Made by a program: the position numbers and the translations under genes. A stretch of DNA of 64,000 bases from Octopus sinensis (lineage: Eukaryota): assembly GCF_006345805.1 (NCBI RefSeq), contig NC_042999.1:87420001-87484000 (forward strand). Reading direction: 5' to 3'. The notes under the pieces are model-generated. The model was not told the origin of the DNA and searched no databases. It saw nothing but the letters and a program-made list of their open reading frames with translations. Each line of letters opens with the position of its first letter. The first letter of the stretch is position 1. This document shows, piece after piece, positions 1 through 13,260 of this stretch.

Positions 1-146
1 TTTCTGTCTACCAAATCCACTTACAAGGCCTTGGTCAGCAAGAGACTATAGTAGAAGACACTTGCTCAAGGTGCCACGCAGTGGTACTGAACCCGGAACC
101 ATGCGGTTGGGAAGCAAACTTCTTACAACACAGCCACGCTGCGCCT
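1..146 (-). mobile_element. SINE family A (tRNA-derived head), 5' half, continues beyond the window start
   Basis: Minus strand AGGCGCAGCGTGGCTGTGTTGTAAG...GGTTCCGGGTTCAGTACCACTGCGTGGCACCTTGAGCAAGTG; homologous to 34791-35255. Confidence 0.85.
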
Positions 147-735
<589 letters not shown>

Positions 736-1430
736 ATAGGCATAATTTTCAATTCAGAAGGAACAGATAGTAAAATTGATTCTGTTGTAGAAAATAGGAT
801 GCAAAATAAAAAAAAAAAAAAAAAAAAATTAGGCGAAGTGTTTAGTCGCAATATCCTATTTCCTTGTCATAATTACAACCTGAAGATACATCAGACGAAA
901 ATACATGCCAGTGGGGGAAAAACAGTGATGTTTAAATATTAAAGACAGAGAATACTATCTCAAACATCTTCTCTTAAACACATAATACTTCAATTCTGTT
1001 GTTATATCGAATATTAGCAACACACACACACACAAACTAACGCAGCCACATCCACACACTCACATATATATATCTATTTTTATCTATTTACACACACACA
1101 CACATACATATTATATTATATATTACATATGTCCTATATTATATATGTCAATAAAGGATTTATATTCAAACGGCTTGGCAACTGATTTTTAGTTCATCTA
1201 TATATAAATAAATTATCAGTAGCTGCAAGTGTTGGTGGTGGGTATTTAATTAAAAAATAAAAACCTCATAAATATTTATAACCTTTATATTTGCAAATGA
1301 AAATTTTTGTTCTACTAGTTATTAAATCTTTAAAAAAGAGAAATGAAGAATTGTATTGTTTCTATAACATAGAAGTATTTATGAAATCTCTTGCAACAGT
1401 TTGGCGTTTTTCCCTCTTTCTCTTCACATA

Positions 1431-1606
1431 GGCGCAGGGCATGGCTGTCTGGTTAAGAAGTTCGTTTTGCAAACATTTGTTTTCTGTTTGAGATCCACGA
1501 TGTTGGACTTGGGTTATTGTCCTCTAAAACAGCCTCAAATCAACAACGACAAATAATGCCTTGTGACTGAATTCGGAAGACAATAAACTGTACAGAAGTC
1601 CATCGT
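1431..1606 (+). mobile_element. Old diverged family-A-like SINE 5' half
   Basis: GGCGCAGGGCATGGCTGTCTGGTTAAGAAG...GCCTTGTGACTGAATTCGG aligns loosely with family A. Confidence 0.55.
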
Positions 1607-1734
1607 AGCGAGACGTTCGTGAGACTAAGGCTTTTGTGGATGCGAAACTTTTGGTTACTCTATGACCGGACAGTAACTTAATTTATTTAAATTAAATTTA
1701 TATATATATTATATACATATTTATATATAGAGTG

Positions 1735-1735
1735 C

Positions 1736-1783
<48 letters not shown>

Positions 1784-1806
1784 AAGAGAGAGAGAGAAAG
1801 AGAAAG
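1735..1806. repeat. (GA)n microsatellite
   Basis: Read directly. Confidence 0.95.
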
Positions 1807-2020
1807 AGAATATATTTTTCAGTCTTTGTTTCTCTCTATTTACTCGTATACATGCACGTATATTTGATATATCTAGCCCAATCAGTTTTATTAGTTTATT
1901 TGTGTCATTATCTCCATATCTGCTCACCTTGATTCCTCCGATAGTCAGCCATGTATATATATATATATATATTATATATATATATACATCCTATCCGAAA
2001 AAGACACACTCCAAACATTA

Positions 2021-2272
2021 CAGTTGTAATATATTTACAGGGAGTCAGGGAGTTGTTTATAATGCCGGTCATAGAGTGATCAATGGTTTCGCTTCTGTAA
2101 AGCGCTTAGCTTTATAAATGACTGTTCAGTGTCCAATGGTCGGGGAAATATAACCTCTTTTCAAACTGGAGTCTGACGAGTCGTCTATAAGGCTAAGCGA
2201 TTTAGGGATGTAAAACCATTGGCCACTCTATGACTGGCAATACGATTAATTTCCTGTAAATACATTGCAACT
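2021..2272. mobile_element. Foldback/MITE-like element with long degenerate inverted arms
   Basis: Left arm agttgtaatatatttacaggg...gtcatagagtg..caatggttt...cgcttagctttata matches the reverse complement of the right arm. The left end reads TA|CAGTTG, mariner-like. Confidence 0.7.
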
Positions 2273-2280
2273 CTTATGTT

Positions 2281-2373
2281 TAGAAGACACTTGCCCAAGA
2301 TGCCACGCAGTGGGACTGAACCCGGAACCATGTGGTTGGTTAGCAAGCTACTTACCACACAGCCACACATGCG
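2281..2373 (-). mobile_element. SINE family A head fragment
   Basis: High similarity to the reverse complement of 34795-34885. Confidence 0.85.
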
Positions 2374-2437
2374 TATAATAAGGGATGTCCACTTAGTAGT
2401 AATCTCTTATTATACGCGTGTATTACAATTTTTTCTG

Positions 2438-2482
<45 letters not shown>

Positions 2483-2486
<4 letters not shown>

Positions 2487-2924
2487 TGTGGGTCTATTTG
2501 TCCTCTCACCATCTCTTGACAACCGATGTGAGACAAACGGAAACGGGAAAAACATTACTTTTTCGTCTCTGTTTTTTTGTTGTAAAAATATGGCTTGTCC
2601 GTTTTCGTTTTTCATTGAGTTCTACGTCTAGTTGCAGTGTTCTGTACTCACGTATATATATTTATATATGCATGTATATATACATGTAGATGTAGGTACG
2701 TACATATATGTTTGTATGCATGCATATATTTTATTTATTACATATATATATATATATATGTTGGTGTGTTTACATCCCTGTAACTTAGCGGTTCGGCAAG
2801 AGACCGATAGAATAAGTATTAGGCTTACAAAGAATAAGTCCTGGGATCGATTTGTTTGATTAAACGCGGTGTTCCAGCATGGCTGCAGTCAAATGAATGA
2901 AACAACTAAAAGAATAAAAGAATA
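2483..2924 (+). mobile_element. SINE family A 3' half, split by a ~230 bp insert (2532-2760)
   Basis: ...gacaaccgatg at 2518-2528 resumes as ttggtgtgtttac...gtaacttagcggttcggca...aaaagaataaaagaa at 2761-2922. Confidence 0.8.
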
Positions 2925-2991
2925 TATACATACACACACACGCACACACACACACACGCGCGCAAACACATATATATATATACATACATAC

Positions 2992-3539
2992 AGGTGGCGA
3001 GACGTTAGGAGAGATGTGGTCGCAGAAATTGTCTGACAACCATGACTGGGTTCTCTTGCTTGTGTGGCAGAGTCTTGTTGCTAGGCACAGGGTCTTCTAG
3101 CAGCCACTCTCTTGGCCTAGAACAGCACTACTTCCTCCAGGCATTTGATGTAGGCTTCTGTGTTGATTCTGAGGCCGTGTGGAAAGATGAATCGAGGCAT
3201 AAGGTCCCCATCACTAGTGATCACTCCAAACTCCATGATGTTGACTGTATGTTTGATTTTTATCACTCTTGGTACATGTTTTAGACTCACGGTAAGCCAA
3301 TAATTGTTCTGTTTGTTCATCATCTATTCGTATTGGTGCTTCCGGTGCGAATGGCAAGCAGTGCAGCATGTCATTTCCAAACTTCTGGCAGAGTGAATTG
3401 CGTCATGGTGCTGTTTTTTTCTCGCAGACGGTGTCCAACTGATGCTACTATACGATGTAGTCGACACAATCACAAACAAACAATGCGCATGCGCGAAATA
3501 AAAGATATAAAATGGTGACAATTTACCCATTGCACTCTA
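2992..3539 (-). mobile_element. Tc1/mariner (maT/DD37D-like) transposase remnant with one terminal repeat
   Basis: Minus translation ..NIMEFGVITSDGDLMPRFIFPHGLRINTEAYIKCLEEVVL..QQDSA, broken by stops and frameshifts. Terminal TAGAGTGCAATGGGTAAATTGTCACC at 3539-3514. Confidence 0.85.
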
Positions 3540-3552
3540 CACACACAAAGAA

Positions 3553-3619
<67 letters not shown>

Positions 3620-3748
3620 TGTATGTATATATACCTTTTCTTGTTAAGGTACAAGGTGAGCATTTTGGGGAGAGGACCCAGAACTAGATTGGCACTTCAT
3701 TTTATCAAGCTCGGACCAGAGGGATAAAACACAAAAGTTGACCTCGGA

Positions 3749-3855
<107 letters not shown>

Positions 3856-4924
3856 TGTGTGTGTGTCTGCGTATGTGCATGTGTGTGTGAGCACACGCGT
3901 ATGTGTTTGTGTACATTTGTCTATCGTTTCAAAAACAGTAGATTTGTTCATAATTCATAACTTGCTTATTTTCTGTTCAAGAAACAGAAGTAGATAAGTA
4001 CCAAACTTAAAAATAAGAACAGGAACCTTTGTAAAGGAGAAACACCATCAAGCAACAGTTAGTCCCTTAAATGAGGGGTAACTTTTGTAATTTTGAATTG
4101 CGGATTCAAAGCTGATGTGGGTTAATTAGATGACGTTTAACCAATTTTCTAGGTAATTTTGTTTTGCTGATTGCCACCCATCCCTTCAAAGTCTACCTAA
4201 TTATCTAAATACATACATACATAATGCGAAAGGTGAGTGAACTGGAAGCTGTAATTGCGTAAGGTTAAATAATTGAGTATTGCCAAAATACTTAATTTTA
4301 ATTGGTAGAGTGATATAAGAATTGGTTTTTACAACAATGTTATCTTCATATACAAATTCTTGCAAACAGGTTATTCGAATTTTCGTTCCACTCAAAGCTC
4401 ATTTGGTTTAGTCAAATTTCGCTTCCCCACTTGTATATAACACATCCCTTTTCCACGATTAAAATATATAGGGTAAGTACACCAAACATGCAGCTATTTA
4501 TAGTAAGAATGAATGCTTTTTGTTGGCAACTGTTTTCCCATCTGATATGTTAATGTTTTTCGTTTATAGAACCATGGCAAATAGTATTGGTCTGTTTCGG
4601 AAGCTTGCAATGTTTACTTAAGTGCTAACAACTTGATCTATCATATCATGTTCAATTAATAGATTCCAACACAGTTTGGAAACTTAGTCATGCTATCAGA
4701 ACTCACTTGTCCCCACCACATCAACGGAAAATGGAAAATGAAAAGTTAAACAAGTTGTTAAGCCATTCTGTAGAGAAATGCGCCCAGTGCTGTAGATACA
4801 ATCGTGATAATTAGCTGACTCAGACATACTTATCCCAGCTCAGTAAGTTTTCAATTGCAATATGACTTTGTGGAGACATTAGGGCTACCAACAAAAAAAA
4901 GTATTTAGATATGGGACGTTATTT

Positions 4925-5412
4925 TCTATGGCATCTGTTAAAGTGTCATCAAGAGTCAAGAGATGGATTGGGTATGTTGTTCGAATGTCTGATGACCTTT
5001 TATCAAAACAGATCTATTGTTAGTTGAAAGAAAGAAAAAGGAAAGAAAGAAAAAGGAAGAAAGGAGGACAGAAGAGGTGCAGGGATCTGTTGAAGGTCAA
5101 TACGAAGAAAATGTAACATCGACTTCAACAGCTGGGAAGAAAATACTAATGTCCGAAACCTCTGGAGATCCATCCTCTGTGAAGGAACAACTACATTCGA
5201 GACAAACAAATGCGAAGATCTGGAAGAAAAACGAAGGAGATGCAATTCCAACCAAGACCAGATCTATCTCAAGGAACAACTTGTCCAACTCGCAGAAGAT
5301 CCTTCATTGCTTAAATTAGACTTATCGGCCACCTTCGAGTGCACCAACAACCCAAAATAGACTAGAACAAAGCCCATCATTCTCTAAAGAAAGAGGGATA
5401 GGCACGACGATT
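4925..5412 (+). mobile_element. Decayed RTE-clade LINE 3' end
   Basis: Across frameshifts: RWIGYVVRMSDDLLSKQIY..GGQKRCRDLLKVN..CNIDFNSWEE..RNLWRSILCEG..CP...SF..IRLIGHLRVH, the typical RTE ORF C-terminus with a C2H2-like remnant. Confidence 0.85.
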
Positions 5413-6025
5413 AAAGTGGGAAAAATATATCTTTTCGCTTGGATCAATGTTTCTTTTCGATCGTTTACTTTAGTATTCAGAAGGTTGTTGGTAGTCTGGG
5501 GGTGTAGTACAGTATACAGGCAACTGATAAGTTGATGAGGAACTTTATTTTAGAGACAGGAAGTTTACAAATCAATGGTGATGCTAGTGGCACAGTTGGA
5601 GTGTATGCTGCTCGGGTCATCCCTTAAGTTTGCAGCCTCCGCCCTCTATACAGGCTTATACAACAGGAGGACTGTCCTATCACCCGCTCCCTAGCTACAT
5701 TACTGTTTAGTATGAGTTTCTAATTGTTCATCATCATTGTGAAGATGTTACAATAGACCATCGTCTGCTAAAAACACCTTGTCATTTTGAAAGAATAGCA
5801 ATTACGTTTTCTACTTCTGCTTTTATTCTTCTGAACATAAAATATTATAATGAAAAAAAAGTGGCAAATTATCAAATCTCGCTGCCGCCGCCGCCGCCTC
5901 CTCCTCCTCCTATTTCTATCACAATTTATTTTCACCTTTTTAGGACACTAAACTGCATGTTAACTTTATAGTTCTACGATGTATTTTGATACACGATTTC
6001 GTATGCTTGTAAAGGAGGTATTACA

Positions 6026-6256
6026 GGGCGGTGAGCTGGCAGAAACGTTAGCACACTGAGCGAAATGCTTAGTGGTATTTCGTCTGCGGTTACGTTCTGA
6101 GTTCAAATTTCGCCGAGGTCGACTTTGCCTTTCATCCTTTCGGGGTCGATTAAATAAGTACCAGTTACGCACTGGGGTCGATATAATCGACTTAATCCGT
6201 TTGTCTGTCTTTGTTTGTCCTCTCTGTGTTTAGCCCCTTGTGGGTAGTAAAGAAAT
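6026..6256 (+). mobile_element. Full-length SINE family B with a 10-bp target-site duplication
   Basis: Head GGCGGTGAGCTGGCAGAAACGTTAGC, B-box-like GAGTTCAAATT, core GTCGACTTTGCCTTTCATCCTTTCGGGGTCGAT. AGGTATTACA at both 6016-6025 and 6257-6266. Confidence 0.9.
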
Positions 6257-7678
6257 AGGTATTACAACGCTTAATATCAATATCTATTGGTAATCTACAA
6301 CAGCTTGAAGTTTTAGGAGATTATTAGAAATGTCATGTTATAATATTAAAACATAGCCCAAGAAGCCAACGTTGTTACAACATGTATCCTTATCACGAGG
6401 GTACTAGTTTTTACCGCGTGATAACACATTCAGCGTTTTGAAATACCGGTTTTATGTAAGCTGCCCTGATCTAAAAGCGATGGAACTCATATTCTTTCGG
6501 ATGTGTAAATCCTTTTCAAGTGTATAAGATAAGAACAGTTTGGATAAATATACGACTAATATGAAATGCTCCAGATCTTGAGTCTTTCCCCCTGTTTTAT
6601 TTTCATCAACAACATATTATATAAACCGTCTCTGATTTCACATTAAAGTTATTATGAGTCTCTTCAAAGATCTTTCTAAGAAACACTCTTCTCGTAAGTG
6701 CTATTAAGAATTTCTAATGAGACATTACTAAAGACTTCAGCTACATAAGTTTCACATGTAAGAAGAACTGAACTCAATAACAAGCAAACGAAACATTCGT
6801 CAAGATGTATAGAGCTCTATTGCTTACAGCAAATATATGTTTATATACTACCTTCTAATACTTTGAAAGACTAGAGTAGTGGAAGTTAAGTACTGACTGT
6901 GTGCACAGCGTTAGTGATAACGTGTAAACCGTCAATCGTACTGCTGGTAATTCGATAATCCATGTAATTCGATTCTGTTAATTTTAAGAACCTGATACTT
7001 CTATCGTCAGTGAATTATACAATATGTTGTAATATGTCATAATTTATAATGGAAACCCGGTACTCAGCTTAGCACCACTGTGCTGTATGTTGGGTTAATG
7101 CTAGTTGAACATTATACAGTCCGCTGAAAAAAGCGAAAGATCGCCGTTTCTAACTAGTGTCTACATTCAAACTAATCACTCACTCATCCCTAACTAATAC
7201 TATTTAAATTGCAAATCTTTTGAACCAAGTACAAGGTCTCTGTTATCTGAAGCCCAAATTCATCTCATTAAAGAAGATTCCACAATGATGTACACCGTAA
7301 ATCAGATTATTAATAAAAGCAAACGTTTTATTAATAACCTTGTTTCAGCATAGTTATTCAACAATCGACCTACGAGCGAACTAAAGAGTCTCCACGTTGT
7401 CATACATCCTACTAGAAGCAGCAGCTTAATATTCATGGGATCCTTGGATAGTTATGGCTGGAATGCTTTGAATAATGCTTTTGATTATAAGTTCGTTCGA
7501 TTAGGGCTGGTCTGTGGCTAAATCAATGACAACTGCATTAGATTCACATTATTACAACGGACTAAACTTATAGGAACGTTCCAGAACGATTCAGAGCTTA
7601 TGCAAATGTAACAATTACTGTCGTAGGAATCGTTACCGCAGTTAAAAATGTCCTTTTCTCTTAAAATACTCAAATATA

Positions 7679-7888
7679 GGGTGGCCCAAAAGTAGGTTTA
7701 CAGTTATTCAACTATCTTTTCGCATTCATATATTAACAGTTTAGATCTTAATTATATAAAAAAAAAGATATGAAACCATTATTCTATGCTAATTTAGTTA
7801 ATTGTAAGATAGAAATTTAAACGTAATATGTTTTAAAAGAAATTTAAAGTACCTACGTGATAACTATAAACCTACCTTTGGGCCACCC
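7679..7888. mobile_element. Tc1/mariner-type MITE, 29-bp TIRs, TA TSD
   Basis: TA|GGGTGGCCCAAAAGTAGGTTTACAGTTAT ... ATAACTATAAACCTACCTTTGGGCCACCC|TA (2 mismatches in 29). Confidence 0.9.
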
Positions 7889-8240
7889 TAAATACGAGAG
7901 GTATACATTTTCATTAACAAATTTTCAACTGCTTACAGACATACGTATACATACGAGCACGTTCACACGCACTCGACACATGCATGCGCGCAAACACATA
8001 CACACACACGCACGCACACACTTACGACAAACAAATTCTATACAGTGAGTAAATTTACACCTCCTACCGTCCCCTCAAACATATAATTTGTTAACTCCTA
8101 CTCTAAAACTACTTTGGTCTTACAATCCCCAGAGAGAATATATGAGTCTAGCAATCAAAGGATCGTGATTTCGGCTTAGTTAGGTTTCTTTCATCTTGTG
8201 TGATTAAGTTAAAACCTTGCTCAATCTCTTAGGGCGACAG

Positions 8241-8342
8241 TATGTATGTATGTATGTATGTATGTATGTATGTATGTATGTATGTATGTATGAATAGAAA
8301 GATAGGTATATTTACGTGTCTGTCTGTCTGTCAATCTATCTG

Positions 8343-8441
<99 letters not shown>

Positions 8442-8525
8442 GCCTGTCTGTCTGTCTGTATGTCTGTCTGTCAGTTTGCCTATCTACATCTCTGTCTGTC
8501 TGTCTCTTTCTCTCTCTCTCTCTCT

Positions 8526-8596
<71 letters not shown>

Positions 8597-8750
8597 CGTA
8601 CGTACGTACGTACGTACCTACCTACCTACCTACCTACCTACCTACCTACCTACCTACCTACCTACATACCTACCTACCTACCTATCTTCCTACTTACATA
8701 CCTACCTATTTGCTTGCCAGCCTGCCAGCCTGTCTGTCTGTCTGTAACCA
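8241..8750. repeat. Compound tetranucleotide array (TATG/TCTG/TCTA/TC/TACG/TACC)
   Basis: Read directly; source of spurious ORFs 8242 and 8316. Confidence 0.95.
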
Positions 8751-9093
8751 TACTAAATCATCTGGTGTTACAGATATAGCTTTTAGTGTACGAGGAAGCT
8801 TGCATACGTCAGCTGCTACATAATATGTTAGATCGTCATGTTTATTCTAGCGGTTTATAGCTGCCAAACAGTTTAGAACAAAACTAGGAATATTTTCTGG
8901 AATAGAAAAAGAAAAATGTATACATTCTGCTGTGCAAGGTGTAATTTTCCTCCTTTTTCTATCTCTCTCTTTTTTTTGCCTCACAGTTCTCTCTCGCGTA
9001 TACATTCAAATATATACCCTACTTCCATGTTATATAACTTGAGTGAGGTGATGAACCATAACTTTCGAGTATAAAGTATGGTACATTATATAT

Positions 9094-9125
<32 letters not shown>

Positions 9126-9295
9126 CATGTGTGTGTGTGTGTGTGTGTGTGCATATACATATATTATACAAGAATGTTTCTACCTTTTATATGATGGGTA
9201 ACGCTACGGGTAATTTCATAAAAGTTAAATTATAGGTGTTGTATGTATGCCATATTTCTTGATATTACTCATGGTAATAGAAGTGTATTGATATC

Positions 9296-9468
9296 GGTTT
9301 CAAACTTTGGCACAAGGCCAGACATTTTATAGGAGAGAGTAAGTTGATTACATCGACCACACTACTTAACTGGTACTTAATTTATCGACCTGGGCGGAAT
9401 TTGAACTCAGAAATTAAAGACGGACGAAAATATTTTGCCCGGCGCGGTAACAGCTTTGCCAGCTCAGT
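9296..9468 (-). mobile_element. SINE family B copy (internally deleted)
   Basis: ggcacaaggcc...gattacatcgacc..actggtacttaatttatcgacc..gaatttgaactcagaa..gccagctc. Confidence 0.8.
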
Positions 9469-10529
9469 GTGTATTAACATCATTGTAGGAATTGTAGTGA
9501 TATATTAATTCGGAACTGTTTACTATAAATTCCTACGTTAGCGAATACCATAGTGATTAATGTTTATTCGAAACGCAATAAAGGAAAATTTTTATGACAT
9601 TAAGCATTGCATACATACACATATATAATATTGAAATATTCTTTCAAAGAAAGATCCATGAAATTTGTTTTTTTGGGAGGGTATCTAAGAGCAGAAAGGT
9701 CTGTAAGCCTATAATTCTTTTTATTTTCTGGGTTTATAGATAGAGATTGTGCCCCTTGGCCTTTGTAGATCCTTTTAAATCAGTGAAAGTTATGCTATTG
9801 TCAGTTATCAAGTCGCTGGAGGCTGAAACATTTTCTGGATCTGAAGAGCCAGTCGATGAAATAATGTCCTGTCTATGTTTGAAAGTTCCCTAAGACAGGT
9901 GAAGGAAAGAGAGAAATAACTCATAGGAGACTGATTTGTGCACTTGAAAGAAATGAAGAAAAGACTGCCCTAAAGATACCCGATGGCCAAGAGGTGTCAA
10001 ACGAATTAAGCCTTATTAGTCAAGGATGATATGACGTACTACTTAATATCACTATACTACTGTATATTAATTTCCATAGCAGTTGTTGTAACTAACAAAT
10101 TTGAACAATGGAGCCAGCAATGAATACTGTACTTCATTGTAACTACAATGTCGATATCTAAAATATGAACGTTGTACAGCGTCGTGGTAAATCACACAAT
10201 CGTATTGTTTAGGTAGGCGATGCCAAGAATTTGTCTTCGCGCAGTGCGTTTTGGGAAAGCGAAAGTATGCTAAAGGTATGAGTTGGACTCAACAAATATT
10301 TGTCAAGTAGGCAGTGCTGTTACTGCATTTAACTACAAGCTGTACCACACTTTGGTACCTGTGTACTGATAAGGGGGTGGATAAATGAGGGGTTCGTATC
10401 TAAGTTTACGAATCGATTAGCCAGGGAATGAAGTGCAATGTCCATTCCTATTTTCTGAGGCTCCTAAATTGTTAGAGGGCAAGGTTTCCTTGTGACCTTG
10501 GCTAAATGCATGAAACAGATTAGGTTCTA

Positions 10530-10760
10530 CTAAAGACACACAAACACTAGGTGGTAGTAATAAATAAGGTAACAAATTAGGTCTAAAACCCAGTAATAAG
10601 CACAGTCGATTTGACTGGCTTTCACACAATTCCCGTCTAGCCGATTTCACTCGCAAAGCATGGTTCAAACCGAAACTATGGTAGAAGTCACTTGACGAAG
10701 ATGCCATGATGTGGGATCGAGCCCGGTAACACATGATTGCAAAGCAAATTTCTTAATCAT
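10530..10760 (-). mobile_element. Old family-A-like SINE
   Basis: Minus strand CCGGGCTCGATCCCACATCATGGCATCTTCGTCAAGTGACTTCTACCATAG aligns to the family A head and body. Confidence 0.55.
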
Positions 10761-11169
10761 ATAGCCATACCTTCTCTTATCATTGGTAATGTGGTACGGA
10801 ACGCCGTATCATTGCACCTCTCCCAATGAAGTTAATGTATCTTTTTTGGAAGAACACTTTCGCACGGTGTTTTCAATTCTAGTCATGTATTTACGTAATA
10901 AGGAAGCTAGTGTTTATGTTGCTTGCTTTCGACATTGACACAGATATCAGATAATTTAGAAGATAGATATAATCTAGTGAAATATCTATGCTTTTTACGA
11001 TGTAACTATTCAGTATTTAGTTTTAATACACCGTGTTATTTTAATCTGGCGTTGATATGTAAACGTATACACCAATGCATGGATTAGTCAACTGAAGTAA
11101 AGACACATATTTATACATATGTGAACGTACACATATACATATGTATACACACACACACACACACACACA

Positions 11170-11202
<33 letters not shown>

Positions 11203-12441
11203 TCTGATACTGAATGTTTCTACCCCATTTATTTGTAGTTATGGACCTACTACTGTTTGAACACAATTCTTAAATATTAATAATCCTGTCGTAAAATGCG
11301 CTCATTTTCTAGCCATTACTTCTAATTACTACCCCTTTTATTACACAATCGCACTGTTATGCCGCTAGAGATATTTCTATCTATACACCCGTTCAAAATT
11401 TCATCGTCTTTGTCTCGTGTGGATTGAGACGAACATACAAAACCATATATCATATATATTCTAATTCAGCGTTTCCTATTGAAAGATTCCCAAATAATCG
11501 CATCGTAAAATAAATATAAATTTACAGTTCTCTTTTGCTTTTCGGAGTCAGTCAATTGAGCTCTACTATCTGAATTTGATTTAACCTGTTCAAAATCCAC
11601 CATTTTGTCGCATTTTATATTTTCTCCAGTAACTTTTTCTACAAATTTAGGATAGTTACTTCTAAATCTGGAGTTAATAACCATTACAAAAATGATAAAG
11701 CTTTCATCCCTTTGAAATAATTATTTATTTATTTAAGTGACACAATTCTGCTATATCATATGATAGATTTTTGACTCGTACGATAAAAGAAATATTGAAG
11801 CGTTTCATCTTATATACTTAAAAGCTTAATTAAATTGTAACATTTTCACTATCATACATTTCAGCTATTTATTTTCCTCGGTCATTATGTCACACCTTTT
11901 TCTTTTTACTCCAACGACATCTAAATTAATGATATACCAATATATATTCACAACAGGCGTAAAAAAATATCTAGAATGCTATAGGTGGAACAACTAAAGA
12001 AGCTGTTTATCTAGAAACCCCTAGCTGAGAAATGTTTTGAGGTTATGATGTAAAGGCACTTATTTAAACACCACAGTGTATTTTATTCGTGGCTCTCTAC
12101 GGTTCACCACCGTCTTCCCTGTGTACATTGAATATAAAGGAAACGTTGTCAAGAGGTTAAATCGATTCATAATGATATGCTACTGATAATCACATAAACC
12201 AGTATACTCTGTTTCAGTCGGGCAGTTGGCGACCAAACTGGTAAAATCTCCTTTGTGTCTCATCCTGGTGCATGGAGGGTGAACAGACACCCTGTCAGGA
12301 TAAAATGAATACTTGTATACAAGGACACACGAGAACAAGGAATCAATGGCTTTTATTAAGGCTTGTGAGTCTAGTACTGTTTAACCTCTTGGTAATCCCT
12401 TACTTCCGGTTATCTATTTTAAATCCTGCCTTTACTTAGGC

Positions 12442-12480
<39 letters not shown>

Positions 12481-12989
12481 AAGAGAGAGAGAGAAAAAGA
12501 GAGAAGCTCTTTGGTAAATATAAGGATTACCCAGCGAAGTTTAAATGAGGTCTGGCTAGGATTATCAAGAGTTCATCTTAACTATCATTCATTTCTTTCC
12601 ATAGAGAGAAAATGCAGTATTGACTGCTGAGTGATGTTACTCCTGTCGCATTGTCGGAAACTAAGGACGGGTGCCATTTATTTATTAACAAGGGATACAG
12701 ATTTTCATGACAAGCTTATTATCTAAATCTTTTCCTTCGGACAGACAAGCGTGTTTTGCAATAATTGCAGCTGACAGTTTTATTAGAAACACCAGCTCTT
12801 ATTGCCATCGGCATATTAGGCTACGTAATAATATGTTTAAATTATAAATATAAATCTAGCTTTAATCTTGTCTTTCTGTGGTATCTTTAATCATTCATGA
12901 AAAAATTAGCAAGTCCTTGTAAAAAGACTATATCTGAGTTCCTTGTGTGACACCTAGAACACTTATGTTTAGCTGACGAGGCATCCTAC

Positions 12990-13142
12990 ATTGTGGAACT
13001 AATAGCCAAATTTTCTCAAGTTGCAGTCTATTGTCTTAAAAAAGAAAGGACACATTGCATAATGTAATCGAAGATATCCAAAATGATAGGATGGTCACGG
13101 ATAGAATGGCTTTGATTAACCCGGGACTGAACGACAATAACG
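12990..13142 (+). repeat. Dispersed repeat family E (unclassified; roughly 14 diverged copies in the window)
   Basis: Shared motifs tagcagccaaat..gtcttaaaaaa..ggacacattgg.taatgtagtcc..ggatggtcacg..ctttgat..ggg(c)taaacaac. Other copies near 7440, 14330(-), 24230, 39425, 43525, 46380(-), 46740, 48620, 49345, 56330, 57260, 57925, 63630. Confidence 0.75.
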
Positions 13143-13184
13143 AATGTCGTTATTCATATATTTACATATATTTAATGTTCTCTA

Positions 13185-13260
13185 AGCAGCAGCAGCAGCA
13201 GCAGCAGCACAGCAGCAGCAGCAGCAGCAGCAGCACCAGCACCAGCACCACCAGCAGCCG
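13185..13260. repeat. (CAG)n/(CAC)n trinucleotide tract
   Basis: Read directly; a second CAA/CAC/CAG tract lies at 13445-13565. Confidence 0.9.

Noticed and set aside
4300-4700. Possible RT remnant on the minus strand (TKIRITCLQEFVYEDN resembles ELLYADD)
   Set aside because: Only a short motif aligns by eye; it needs a translated HMM search.
7200-7380. Possible RT fragment (TMMYTVNQIINKSKRF)
   Set aside because: Too short and degenerate to call without a search.
11466-11684. 72-aa ORF as a possible AChE tail exon (LTDSEKQ resembles the T-peptide start)
   Set aside because: It lacks the aromatic WKxEFxxW pattern and convincing in-phase splice sites.
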